DNA of 64,000 nucleotides from an uncultured Phycisphaerales bacterium (GCA_963772725.1 CAVYYI010000001.1:1184001-1248000), one strand, 5' to 3'. Counted from the first letter of the stretch, positions 10,898-20,213 are shown. A program made the numbers and translations. Notes: a model not told the origin generated them from the sequence alone.

Positions 10898-12551
10898 AAG
10901 CCTTTTGTAAAATTCATAAATATTTGTTAAATAACGACTTATGTCATTATTTTTCTTGCAATCTCCTCCATTTTGGATATTATGTAAGCGTTGTCAGTAA
11001 AAGGACTTACAACCAAAATAAAGGAGATTTTTTTATGTACCACGTTCAAACGTCACTATTTTATGACCTCCAGGAGCTTGTCAGAAATTCATCGCTGCTG
11101 CGAAAGTACTTCTATCTCTTTCAGGCTCTCGATATTTCCATTCTGCCCGACAGAAACTTCGGTGTCGGCAGAACAGGTCACTCACGACATGCCATCCTGA
11201 GAGCACTCATCGTCAAACATCTTCAGCAAATAAAATCTGTCCCTGAGCTTATCGAATATCTTCAAGCCAATCCGCCTCTGCTGGAACTGTGCGGCTTTAC
11301 GCTCGGGAATATGCCGGACGAATCCCAATTCTATCGTTTCTTGGCAGATACCGATAACTCTGTTCTCAAAGAAATTCATTACCGTCTAAATCAGCGGCTT
11401 ATCGAACAGGGATTAGTCAGCCTTGATACCTTGATCATTGACTCCAAACCTGTTATGGCTGCCACAAAAGAAAATAATCTCAAAAATCCCGCCCGAAACA
11501 CCACCGATAAAACCAAGACGCCCACTCGAAATCCTGCTGCAACATTGAGCTATTATTCTTGTCAGGTCCTCAACGGCAAAAAGGAAAACATGCTGTTCTT
11601 CTGGGGATACAGGACACATGTCATAATCTCAAAACAAGGAATATCGCTTGTTGAAATAACTCTGCCAAACAACACCACAGACCAGCAGGTTGCCTTCAAG
11701 CTGCTTAAAGAACTCAAACGCAGATACAGGGTCAGAAAAGGCTTTCTGTTTCTTGCGGATAAGGCCTACGATGTCAGAGACCTGTACACCTTTATAGTTG
11801 GAAAGATGAAGGGAAACCCATATATCCCAATCAACCCAAGAAATCAGAAAGATGACAAGACTTTTGGCCCTCACGGCTGTCCCATCTGTGATGCTGGTCT
11901 TGAAATGAGGTCGACCGGAAGATGGACCGAGGGCAATCGTGAACGCATCAAGTTTCGCTGCCCCTTAAAGGTCAGCAAAAAGACTGCTGAAAAACTTAGT
12001 AACACCTGTCCGGTAAACCTTCCATCCTTCAATACCGGCAAATGCTACGGCTGTACCAAGTACATTGATATCACTGAAGATGCACGTTCGCGTGTCCCAA
12101 GGGATTCAAGGGAATTTAAGGAAACTTTCAAGCAAAGAGAATCAGTCGAGCAATACTTTGCTCGGTTAGGAGACCGTGAAGCTGAACAGACTACGCACTA
12201 TTCATTGAAAACCGTGCGTAATCAGATGACAATCGCTCATCTGACGGCAAGTCTTATCGGCGTTGCCGCTGCTATATTGCTTAAACAGCCCGGGAAAATG
12301 CGTTGCCATAAAACATTCGCACAAATACCAAACCGACGCAAGGCCGGCTGATGTCTCAGTTGACGTTGAACGATTAACTTTTCAAAGAGCTAAGACAGAA
12401 CTCTCGGGGATACTCTGTCTCTAAACAGGCCTTCTGGCCTTAAAAAAACCAAAATTCACACTCATGCTGCAATAATCCATCAGTTCCACTGCCATTGCGT
12501 TGTTTATCCGTTCCGACCTCTGCTAAAAATCATTCATTTTGCAGAAGTCTT
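10898..12551 (+). mobile_element. Insertion sequence with DDE transposase (IS1182/IS5-like; family uncertain)
   Basis: Imperfect TIRs AAGCCTTTTGTAAAATTCAT / AAGACTTCTGCAAAATGAAT; 10-bp TSD TATCTTTTCT at 10888-10897 and 12552-12561. Confidence 0.88.
11035..12351 (+). CDS. DDE transposase
   Basis: IIDSKP, WGYRTH, LADKAYD, RESVEQYFARL motifs; Cys-rich insertion; AGGAG RBS before ATG at 11035. Confidence 0.88.
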   Translation: MYHVQTSLFYDLQELVRNSSLLRKYFYLFQALDISILPDRNFGVGRTGHSRHAILRALIVKHLQQIKSVPELIEYLQANPPLLELCGFTLGNMPDESQFYRFLADTDNSVLKEIHYRLNQRLIEQGLVSLDTLIIDSKPVMAATKENNLKNPARNTTDKTKTPTRNPAATLSYYSCQVLNGKKENMLFFWGYRTHVIISKQGISLVEITLPNNTTDQQVAFKLLKELKRRYRVRKGFLFLADKAYDVRDLYTFIVGKMKGNPYIPINPRNQKDDKTFGPHGCPICDAGLEMRSTGRWTEGNRERIKFRCPLKVSKKTAEKLSNTCPVNLPSFNTGKCYGCTKYIDITEDARSRVPRDSREFKETFKQRESVEQYFARLGDREAEQTTHYSLKTVRNQMTIAHLTASLIGVAAAILLKQPGKMRCHKTFAQIPNRRKAG

Positions 12552-12735
12552 TATCTTTTCTGTTTATATCAAAAAATGCGGCACACAACTTGCCGCTAAA
12601 GCAGGCTACTATATCATATTTCCCCTCGTTCGTTAATTAAAATTTACCCCCGAATCTGACGATTTTTTTAGCCACTGGTTTCGTAGATGGACACGGTTTT
12701 GCACCGATTTACACTGCCTTATCTTAATGTTATGC

Positions 12736-12987
12736 TTGATAAATGGTTTTTCAAGCTTGCTCCGTCGTATTTCACACTTGAAAAGCGGTTTTTCACATTT
12801 GCTCCGTTATATTTCATGCATGATATGAGACCTTTCACACTTGCTCCGTAACGTTTCATACTTGATATTTCGTTTTTCACACTTGAAATACAGCGTTTCA
12901 TGTGTGATATTTCAATTTTCATGCTTGATATGCGACGTTTCATGTATGATATTTGGCATTTCACACTCGATATGCGGCGTTTCACCT
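12736..12987. repeat. Tandem array of 12 x 21-bp units (consensus TTGATATNNNNNNTTTCAYRC); minus strand reads as a heptad-repeat peptide (ORF 12719-12985)
   Basis: Exact 21-bp phase with TTTCA at the same position in all 12 units. Confidence 0.9.
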
Positions 12988-13086
12988 TCGATATATCGGA
13001 CGATAAGCGGGAAAAACGGTGTTTTTGATATTGAAAACAGGATTAACCACGAATGAACACCTATTGACACTGTAAAAAGTCTTGTT

Positions 13087-13118
13087 AAAAAAACAGGGTG
13101 AGGCCGAAACCTCACCCT
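13087..13118 (-). terminator. Intrinsic terminator (likely the original terminator of the RCC1-repeat gene)
   Basis: Minus strand AGGGTGAGG-TTTCGG-CCTCACCCT-G-TTTTTTT. Confidence 0.85.
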
Positions 13119-13155
13119 TACCTCTGCGAGGAGGATTATGCAGAAGTTGTTTATA

Positions 13156-14230
13156 ACCTGAACTTTGTTTAAGCTGTGATGCAAAGAAATTCTCTGGGCT
13201 GGTAGCTGACGTTTTCGATTTTGAGCGCAGGCTTTTTCGGCAGTCTCGTATAGGCTACAAGACCGGCTATCAAATGTGCTAAAAAGTTGATCGGGCTGCG
13301 GTGGCGTGAATGTTCGATCTGACAGACATTTTTGAGTGTGTCATTGACCGTTTCAATCAATGAACGCTTTCGCAGCAGGATTTTATCCTCCAACTCCATC
13401 AAACGGCATTTCATATTTGCGCGCATATTGGTTACCAGCTTAATTCCCTTGGCCAACAGTTTTTCAAACAGGCTCTGGCTGATGTAACCCTTGTCGCCAA
13501 ATAGCTTTCCGAACAGGCCGTCGGCCATTGTCTCCACCGTGCTGCGATCATCGACATTACCTGCTGTCAGGCGGCAGCCCAATAAACCGCCGCGGTCATT
13601 AATGATCAGATGTAATTTAAAGCCAAAAAACCAGCCCATCGTTGTTTTACCTATTTGAGCAAGCCCGTCGAAAACACGGTTGCGGCTGATGCGTTTATTA
13701 TGACAGACTTTAAGTGCGGTGCTGTCAATAAAAGAAATACCCGTGGGCTCATCCATGCCATCGGTTTGCAAATATACAAGCAGCGGGATTATTGCCCTTG
13801 GTATCAGATAAACAAAGCGGTCGTAGCTGACCATATCGGGAAAATCATGGCGGTGATGGGCAAGAAGGTAGTGATAGAAATCCTTGAAAGTGCGATAGCC
13901 GCTGGTTTGGAAGGCAATAAGAATAGTCATGATCTCGCTGGTACTTAAGTTGCCTTGCCTGTTGCGTTTACGTGTTCCATCTTCTATGAGGTGCTTTACA
14001 TACATTTTTTCAAAAGCTTTCCAACAATCATCGACATTCACAAATAATGTGGTAAAATCCGCTGTCATACGGCCTCCTTGCCTGCTTGGTTAATAATATT
14101 TACAAAACTATTATTTCCATCGGCAGGTTGGCCGTTTTTCTTGTATCCTTATCCAAAGTTCAGGTTGACAACAATATTATTTCCTTCGGCAGACAGGCCG
14201 TTTTTCTATATCCTTATCCAAAGTTCAGGT
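13156..14230 (-). mobile_element. IS982-family insertion sequence with a duplicated upstream end
   Basis: TIR ACCTGAACTTTGTTTAAG at 13156 vs CTTATCCAAAGTTCAGGT ending at 14165 and again at 14230; TTATA direct repeat at 13151-13155 and 14231-14235. Confidence 0.88.
13169..14068 (-). CDS. IS982-family transposase
   Basis: LSTSEIMTI, SYDRF, FIDSTAL, GWFFGFKLHL, GDKGYIS, KRSLIETV, IEHSRHRS. Confidence 0.93.
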   Translation of the reverse strand: MTADFTTLFVNVDDCWKAFEKMYVKHLIEDGTRKRNRQGNLSTSEIMTILIAFQTSGYRTFKDFYHYLLAHHRHDFPDMVSYDRFVYLIPRAIIPLLVYLQTDGMDEPTGISFIDSTALKVCHNKRISRNRVFDGLAQIGKTTMGWFFGFKLHLIINDRGGLLGCRLTAGNVDDRSTVETMADGLFGKLFGDKGYISQSLFEKLLAKGIKLVTNMRANMKCRLMELEDKILLRKRSLIETVNDTLKNVCQIEHSRHRSPINFLAHLIAGLVAYTRLPKKPALKIENVSYQPREFLCITA

Positions 14231-17200
14231 TTATAGCTCTTTAAGCCAATTTTCGATATTTTCCTTAAACTTGAGATATTCCTCTTTTGTCCAAGTAGTC
14301 TCCTGTTTCTCGCTCGGTGCGATTTCATCCAGCCATTTTAGAACATCTTCAATAAACGATTCATCAAACCCGCCCGAAGACATACCTTTATTTTCGTCTG
14401 GCGGCCATGTGCCGCCGCAACCACAGTCACCAGGAACGCTCTCCTTGCCAAACCAATATCTGAATTCTGGCCAATCTATAGTACCTACAGTACCATCATG
14501 GTCCAAGTCGCCGCAGGGATGATTTAAATATTCCTGCTGAGGATAGTCTGTGCCAAAACCGTCTCTGAACTCTGGCCAGTCAATAGTGTCAACATCTCCA
14601 TCACAGTCGGTGGTGTCGCCGTGACACTGTGTAATACAATTCCAGCAAATCGGGAAAAATGTTTCATCGGCGCCGATATCGACTCTTCGGCCGCATTGGC
14701 CGGATTTACCCATTACCCTGCTTTGGTTATCTATATCGAGTTCGCCGTTGTAATTGCCACAGGGGTCGCCTGCATTGATGCAATTCGAATCGTAAGTAAT
14801 GTGATAATCATCATTAGTATCGTCAACAAAACAGGGGTCGTTGATTTTATTGCCTGTACCGTTTATGCCGGAAAGGGAATCCAAACGGCAATAATTGACA
14901 TCGCTTATGCCATAAAGATTTGTGCTGTTATCCCAGATGATACAGTTAGAAACGGCAGGCGTGGTTTCCCCGCTGAAATATATTCCACAGTAGTCGTTGT
15001 CCGCAATCGTGTTATTTCGGATTATACTTCCCGTATTGGAGTCCTGCACAAAAATACCATAGAAGTTGTGATAAATGAGATTGTTCTTTATTACCGCAAG
15101 CCCGCCGCTGGAGAGGATTCCATAGAGACCATTATATGCGAAAACGCAGCGGTTTACAGTTAATGCGCCTGAACTGTTCAGGCCGTCATGCTCATTTTGC
15201 GATATTTCGCAATTCTCAAGAGTTAACTCCGTGCCGGAATTGCATATTCCCTGCTCCGTATGGTTTCTGATAACAGAGTTTACAATATTCGAGATGGAAG
15301 AATTGTATATATTCAAACCGTAATCAGCAGTGTCGCCGCCGTCAAAAGTACAATAGTTTACATCCAGTTCGGACGAATCGGAATAAATACCACTGCCTGA
15401 ATCGGTGAATGTGCAGTTGTCGGCAGTAAGATGAGAATAATTTACCGCACATACGCCATAAGCATGATTATTCCCGATTCCGCAGTTTTTAACTGAAACA
15501 GAGGCATCATCGAGATAAATACCGCTGCTGGGGTTTCCTTGATATGCGCCTTTTATTGTAAAACCGTCAATAACAACATCTTCCACGCCGGTCGCTTTAA
15601 CAACATCGCTCACGCCATCATAATAGTATTGCCCGATTTTACCTTCAAGGATAGTTTCGTTATTGGCATCGTTAAAATCCCGCTGATTAAGGGCGGTCTC
15701 ATTTCCATCAAAATGGCCATAAATACTGATACCATCAATCATCTCAAAAGATTGGTTATAATAATACGGGTCGTTCATATCATAAACAGGCTTATATGTG
15801 CCAGCGGCTACCCAAATAGTGTTTTTCTCATTTCCGCTGCTGTGAGCCTCGGTAAAAGCGTCCCTTAAGTCAAGATATGCGTCTTCCCACGATGTCCCGT
15901 TGTTATAGCCTGAGGTGGCATCCTTATCGACATAGATTGTACTGCCGCCCCAGTTGCAAATCAAAACGCTGTCGTTTGCATCGGAATAATATTTATCGGC
16001 AGTCATTTCTGAAAAGTTCTGTAACTGTCCGCCGGGATGGGCGTAGTAATTGACTTTGGTTGTAATGGTCAGGCTGTTGACATCGCCTGGCTCAAGCTCG
16101 CCAATCGTCCATTTTACAGTATGAGTGTTAGCATCGTAAACACCGCCGCCGGTTGCGGAGTAGAAATCCACTTCGAGGGGTAATAGGTCAACGATATTGA
16201 CATCATAGACCGTGCCAAAATAGTTGGGGTCGGAAGGGTTTGTTATCGGGTTGCCATAGTTAATATCATAAATCAGATAGTTATCAACAGTAAAGGGATT
16301 TGCGCAATTAGGCTCATCGCCCTGAATTTCTGAAGTTTTTGTCAGATAAATTGGTGGTGAAACATCTGCGCAGGCCATTTCTATGGGAGGATGCATAGGG
16401 TCAGGCGAAACAACGCCGCCTGTACCGGCATATTGTTCGGCATCAGCCCCCCATGCCCAGCCCCGACCAAAGCGGTCAATAGCTACCCTGTAATCATTGT
16501 ATCCGCCATCGAGAGCTACGATATCTTCAAGATAGCCCGACTGGGTGTTCATTTGACCGCAAAGGACTTTTTCTGGCTGGCCGCTGGTGTACCATTGCCA
16601 AACGTTATCGTTGGAATCAAGGGCAAGACAAAATCCGAAGCCTACGGCAACTTTCCTGATATGCTCAAGGTAAGTTGTTCCCATATCGCCGCCTGGAACT
16701 TTTTCGGGGTAATTTCCGGTTGTCCACGACCAGACGTTACCGTTGGCATCTACAGCATACGACCTGTCGCATGTGCCTATATCAATAATATTTTTTAAAT
16801 AGCCGTTACCGTTTTCACCGCGGACTTTGTGCGGATAATTATATACGTTGTCGCCCCATTCGTAGATAAATCCACCATCTTCGAATCTGACTAAGGCAAG
16901 GGAATGGGACATTCCCCCATTGACATTGACAATAAACGCCTCATCGCCAAGATACATAAAATTCGGGTCTGCGCCGGTACTCAAAACAAGAATTGGAGAT
17001 GGTATAGTCGATATTTGAGAATTTCCATTTCCACATTGGCCTAAACTATTAAGGCCCCACGCATAGACGTAGCCATAAGAATCTACTGCCAGACTGTGCA
17101 GACCGCTTCTTCCTGCTGAGACTTTCGCAATATTTTGCAGGCCGCTGGCGTCGTTATTTAAGCCATAAACTTTGATAGGTACACTTGAACCTCCTTCATT

Positions 17201-17554
17201 TGGCCCATTACCAAGCTGGCCTGAGCCATCATCACCGAATGCCCAGCAATAACCATTGGAATCTGCCACCAAAGAATGCATGAATCCTGCATCAAAAGAT
17301 TTAACATTTTTAAAGTAATCGTTGCCGTTGGGACCTTTAACACGTTGAAGCGTTGAAACGGCGCCAACGTAACCGAGCCCCATTGCATATGCATTTGCAC
17401 TGCTGCCGCAGGCCCAGAGATTATTGCTGTCGTCAACAGCAAGTGTATGAGTTTCGCCGCAACGAACATCTTTTAAAACAGAGCATAATTGAGCAAAACA
17501 GATTTGCGAGAATAAAACGACTAAAAAAAGTATAGAAAATATCCGTGTCTTCAT
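14231..17554 (-). CDS. Secreted multidomain protein: RCC1-like repeats, DUF11-like domain, right-handed beta-helix, C-terminal dockerin/EF-hand-like pair
   Basis: Signal peptide; repeated HSLAV..GYVYAWG.N..GQ.GNG units; VKWTIGELEPG; YVDKDA..GTSWEDAY..L, IWVAAGTY; NNTIADN/NCIIWDN; DCDGDVDTIDW and DLDHDGTVGTIDW. Confidence 0.8.
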   Translation of the reverse strand: MKTRIFSILFLVVLFSQICFAQLCSVLKDVRCGETHTLAVDDSNNLWACGSSANAYAMGLGYVGAVSTLQRVKGPNGNDYFKNVKSFDAGFMHSLVADSNGYCWAFGDDGSGQLGNGPNEGGSSVPIKVYGLNNDASGLQNIAKVSAGRSGLHSLAVDSYGYVYAWGLNSLGQCGNGNSQISTIPSPILVLSTGADPNFMYLGDEAFIVNVNGGMSHSLALVRFEDGGFIYEWGDNVYNYPHKVRGENGNGYLKNIIDIGTCDRSYAVDANGNVWSWTTGNYPEKVPGGDMGTTYLEHIRKVAVGFGFCLALDSNDNVWQWYTSGQPEKVLCGQMNTQSGYLEDIVALDGGYNDYRVAIDRFGRGWAWGADAEQYAGTGGVVSPDPMHPPIEMACADVSPPIYLTKTSEIQGDEPNCANPFTVDNYLIYDINYGNPITNPSDPNYFGTVYDVNIVDLLPLEVDFYSATGGGVYDANTHTVKWTIGELEPGDVNSLTITTKVNYYAHPGGQLQNFSEMTADKYYSDANDSVLICNWGGSTIYVDKDATSGYNNGTSWEDAYLDLRDAFTEAHSSGNEKNTIWVAAGTYKPVYDMNDPYYYNQSFEMIDGISIYGHFDGNETALNQRDFNDANNETILEGKIGQYYYDGVSDVVKATGVEDVVIDGFTIKGAYQGNPSSGIYLDDASVSVKNCGIGNNHAYGVCAVNYSHLTADNCTFTDSGSGIYSDSSELDVNYCTFDGGDTADYGLNIYNSSISNIVNSVIRNHTEQGICNSGTELTLENCEISQNEHDGLNSSGALTVNRCVFAYNGLYGILSSGGLAVIKNNLIYHNFYGIFVQDSNTGSIIRNNTIADNDYCGIYFSGETTPAVSNCIIWDNSTNLYGISDVNYCRLDSLSGINGTGNKINDPCFVDDTNDDYHITYDSNCINAGDPCGNYNGELDIDNQSRVMGKSGQCGRRVDIGADETFFPICWNCITQCHGDTTDCDGDVDTIDWPEFRDGFGTDYPQQEYLNHPCGDLDHDGTVGTIDWPEFRYWFGKESVPGDCGCGGTWPPDENKGMSSGGFDESFIEDVLKWLDEIAPSEKQETTWTKEEYLKFKENIENWLKEL

Positions 17555-17600
17555 GATTAAATCTCCCTAACATTGATGAAGTTAAGTTATAACTTCGTTA

Positions 17601-18251
17601 TTATTTTTGTTTTCTTAACGCTAACAGACCAAACCCGAACAATAATAAACTCGTAGGTTCCGGCACTAATTCAGCAGAGAAGACCTCCGCATTTATGGTA
17701 AACCATTTGTCATAACATGGCGGTGTTCCGCCAATACCGCCACTAATATATAGAGTACGGTAATCCCAATCTGATAAAATTGGGGCGGTTGTCGGCAATG
17801 CTGTACTCGATATAGCGGTAGCATCATAATCACAAGATGTAAAAGAAATAGTCTCTATCTCGGTAGAATTTAAAAGAGGCAAGTTGTTGCGACTTGTGAA
17901 ACCATACCAGTCGCCTTGACTATTATTTGTGATGCCTATACCAAAATCAACATTGCTGCTATCGGTCTCAAAAATAAGCCCCTCACTGGTTAAAGTAACT
18001 CCATATGGTAAAGAATAATAAAGATATTCGCCAAATTGTGTTCCCGGATTTGTATCTATGGATGATGTGTTATAGGTGTAATTTCCGGTGATAGTACTAC
18101 CTACAACAATCTTTCCCTCGAGCAAATTGTTAGAATCGGTGACGGAAGTTACAGTAGCTTTTATTTGGATAGTTACAGGTACTGCTTGCGCCAACCCTCC
18201 ATAAAACAACAAAATTGCCACAATCATTAAAATTTTCCTTTTGTCTCTCAT
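17601..18251 (-). CDS. PEP-CTERM sorting-domain protein (copy A)
   Basis: Signal peptide; C-terminus VPEPTSLLLFGFGLLALRKQK; GGAGGT RBS. Confidence 0.9.
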   Translation of the reverse strand: MRDKRKILMIVAILLFYGGLAQAVPVTIQIKATVTSVTDSNNLLEGKIVVGSTITGNYTYNTSSIDTNPGTQFGEYLYYSLPYGVTLTSEGLIFETDSSNVDFGIGITNNSQGDWYGFTSRNNLPLLNSTEIETISFTSCDYDATAISSTALPTTAPILSDWDYRTLYISGGIGGTPPCYDKWFTINAEVFSAELVPEPTSLLLFGFGLLALRKQK

Positions 18252-18279
18252 TTTTGACCTCCGTTCAAAAAAACTCTTC

Positions 18280-18452
18280 TTTTAACCCCAATCCCCACAC
18301 TACGCAAGAATTGAAGGGCGCTAACCAATGGCCGCCTTGAACCCCGCCAAGGGTACGAGCGAAACCATAAGCAGCGCCCCTTTTCAGGGACACTGGCTTA
18401 TATTCGCTCGTATTTCCTTTAATCACTTAAAGGTGGCGTTTTCAAGGCGAAC
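18280..18452 (-). ncRNA. Candidate structured cis-regulatory leader RNA, copy A (no known family recognised)
   Basis: Five stems, GNRA loops, compensatory substitutions relative to copy B at 20033-20207; G-U pairs work only on the mRNA-sense strand. Confidence 0.7.
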
Positions 18453-18458
18453 TCTTTA

Positions 18459-18471
18459 AGTCCAGTGGACT
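18459..18471. promoter_or_regulatory. Palindromic operator-like site AGTCCA-N-TGGACT (copy A)
   Basis: Perfect dyad within a block identical in both copies (CTTTAAGTCCAGTGGACTATCAA). Confidence 0.55.
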
Positions 18472-18582
18472 ATCAAGATTTATATTTTTAGTTTCTTACT
18501 TTTTTGTCCTTAAAAAAATTCAAAATTTATTATTACCTGCCTTTTCTTGTTATTTTTTTCCATCTTCTTCACACTAAAAATA

Positions 18583-18611
18583 ATTATATCACAAATAATT
18601 CCCTAAGTCCA
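18583..18611 (-). promoter_or_regulatory. Sigma70-type promoter, copy A
   Basis: TGGACT-N17-TATAAT with extended -10 TG; same architecture in copy B. Confidence 0.65.
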
Positions 18612-18798
18612 TATAAAAACGGCAATTATGGACTATTTCTTCGTAGATTTTACCATTTCCGGCAATTACACTTTATCATTTCTATATAATGCGGCGAAAT
18701 AAGCGGACCAAAATGGGACAACAAAATCACAATTTTTTTCATTTTTTGAAAATATTTTTACAAAACCTTGCCATTTACAACAATAATAACATTTTTTT

Positions 18799-19237
18799 TA
18801 AGCGGCTGAGACTTTTGCAATATTTTGCAGGCCGCTGGCGTCGTTATTTAAGCCATGAACTTTGATAGGTACACTTGAACCTCCTTCATTTGGCCCATTA
18901 CCAAGCTGGCCTGAGCCATCATCACCGAATGCCCAGCAATAACCATTGGAATCTGCCACCAAAGAATGCATGAATCCTGCATCAAAAGATTTAACATTTT
19001 TAAAGTAACCGATGCCGTCAGGGCCTTTAACACGTTGAAGCGTTGAAACGGCGCCAACGTAACCAGCCCCATTGCATATTCACCCTCGCCGCATGCCCAG
19101 AGATTATTACTATCATCGACACATAGAGTATGATACTCTCCGCACCGAACATCTTTTAAAACAGAGCACAATTGGGCAAAACTGATTTGCGAGAATAAAC
19201 CGACTAAAAAAAGCATAGAAAATATCCGTGTTTTCAT
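18799..19237 (-). pseudogene. Truncated paralog of the N-terminal ~146 codons of the RCC1-repeat gene
   Basis: High nucleotide identity to about 17116-17554; 1-bp deletion near 19065; homology stops at KVSA followed by A-stop. Confidence 0.85.
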
Positions 19238-19282
19238 GATTAAATCTCCCTAAATTGATGAAGTTAAGTTATAACTTCGTTA

Positions 19283-20005
19283 TTATTTTTGTTTTCGTAA
19301 CGCCAACAGACCGAAACCTAAAAGCAATATGCTTGACGGCTCTGGTAGTAAATTAAACCTGGTATATTCAGAAGTATCAATACCTTTAATGGTAAAGAAA
19401 TTATTATCTAATAAACGGCCAGTTAATATTTGAGTAGAAGGGTTGTAATTAAATTCACTCCCATAAATATTAATGTTAGCCAGTGAGTTACTTAGATAAC
19501 CGATAGAGGAATTATCGACATTTAGCAATCCACGATAAATATTTAATGTACCGTGTATATCAAACATATCAAAATTCAGTATTCCACCATTAATGTTGAC
19601 AACTGATGCAGGGGCTACAAAAGAAGCTGGATATGTCTTCAAACGATTGGCAGTTATATTTCCACCAGAAAAATTGGCAGAACCATATACAACAAAATCA
19701 AAAGTATTTATTGTGCCACCGGAAACATTCATAGTGCTAAGCTCATAAAGAAGAATACCCGGCCAACTATATATAATTTGGCCGCCAGACATATTAAATG
19801 TGCTAACATTATGAGTAGATAGATTACTTATTTGCCCGCCAGTCATATTAACAACAGTTCCATCATTTTGGACATAAACCTTATCATAAACATTGCCATT
19901 TACGATAGTTCCGCTGGAACTAAAAGTAGTATTTGTTGCCTGCACCAGCCCTCCATAAAACAATAAAATTGCCAAAATCATTAAAATTTTTCTCTTACTT
20001 CTCAT
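19283..20005 (-). CDS. PEP-CTERM sorting-domain protein (copy B), core of Gly/Asn-rich beta-helix-like repeats
   Basis: MRSKRKILMILAILLFYGGLVQA signal peptide; repeated NMTGGQI/NVSGGTI/NINGGIL; LPEPSSILLLGFGLLALRKQK; GGAGGT RBS. Confidence 0.9.
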   Translation of the reverse strand: MRSKRKILMILAILLFYGGLVQATNTTFSSSGTIVNGNVYDKVYVQNDGTVVNMTGGQISNLSTHNVSTFNMSGGQIIYSWPGILLYELSTMNVSGGTINTFDFVVYGSANFSGGNITANRLKTYPASFVAPASVVNINGGILNFDMFDIHGTLNIYRGLLNVDNSSIGYLSNSLANINIYGSEFNYNPSTQILTGRLLDNNFFTIKGIDTSEYTRFNLLPEPSSILLLGFGLLALRKQK

Positions 20006-20032
20006 TTTACACCTCCGTTCAAAAAAGTTTCC

Positions 20033-20207
20033 TTTAACCCCAATCCCCACACGTTGCAAGAATTGAAGGGCATTGCCATATTGTGCCTATCTAACTCCCG
20101 CCAAGGAGTACCAAAGACACGCAAGCAATGCCCCATTCGGGGCACTGTTCTCTTGCGTTCTTTGGTATTTTCCTTTTTTCCAAAAGGTGGCGTTTTATAG
20201 ATAGAAC
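20033..20207 (-). ncRNA. Candidate structured cis-regulatory leader RNA, copy B
   Basis: Same stem architecture as copy A with different but complementary stem sequences. Confidence 0.7.
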
Positions 20208-20213
20208 GCTTTA

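Noticed and set aside
12736..12987. 21-bp array as a CRISPR array
   Set aside because: The variable part is only 6-7 nt, the repeats are degenerate, and there are no cas genes in the window.
17116..19237. Duplicated RCC1 segment as a DGR template/variable repeat pair
   Set aside because: Differences are not adenine-specific, many are synonymous, the copy covers the N-terminus, and no reverse transcriptase is present in the window.
18280..20207. Leader structures as integron attC sites or IS ends
   Set aside because: They are multibranched with GNRA loops and strand-specific G-U pairs, lie 5' of genes, and have no R-box pattern, TSD or integrase nearby.
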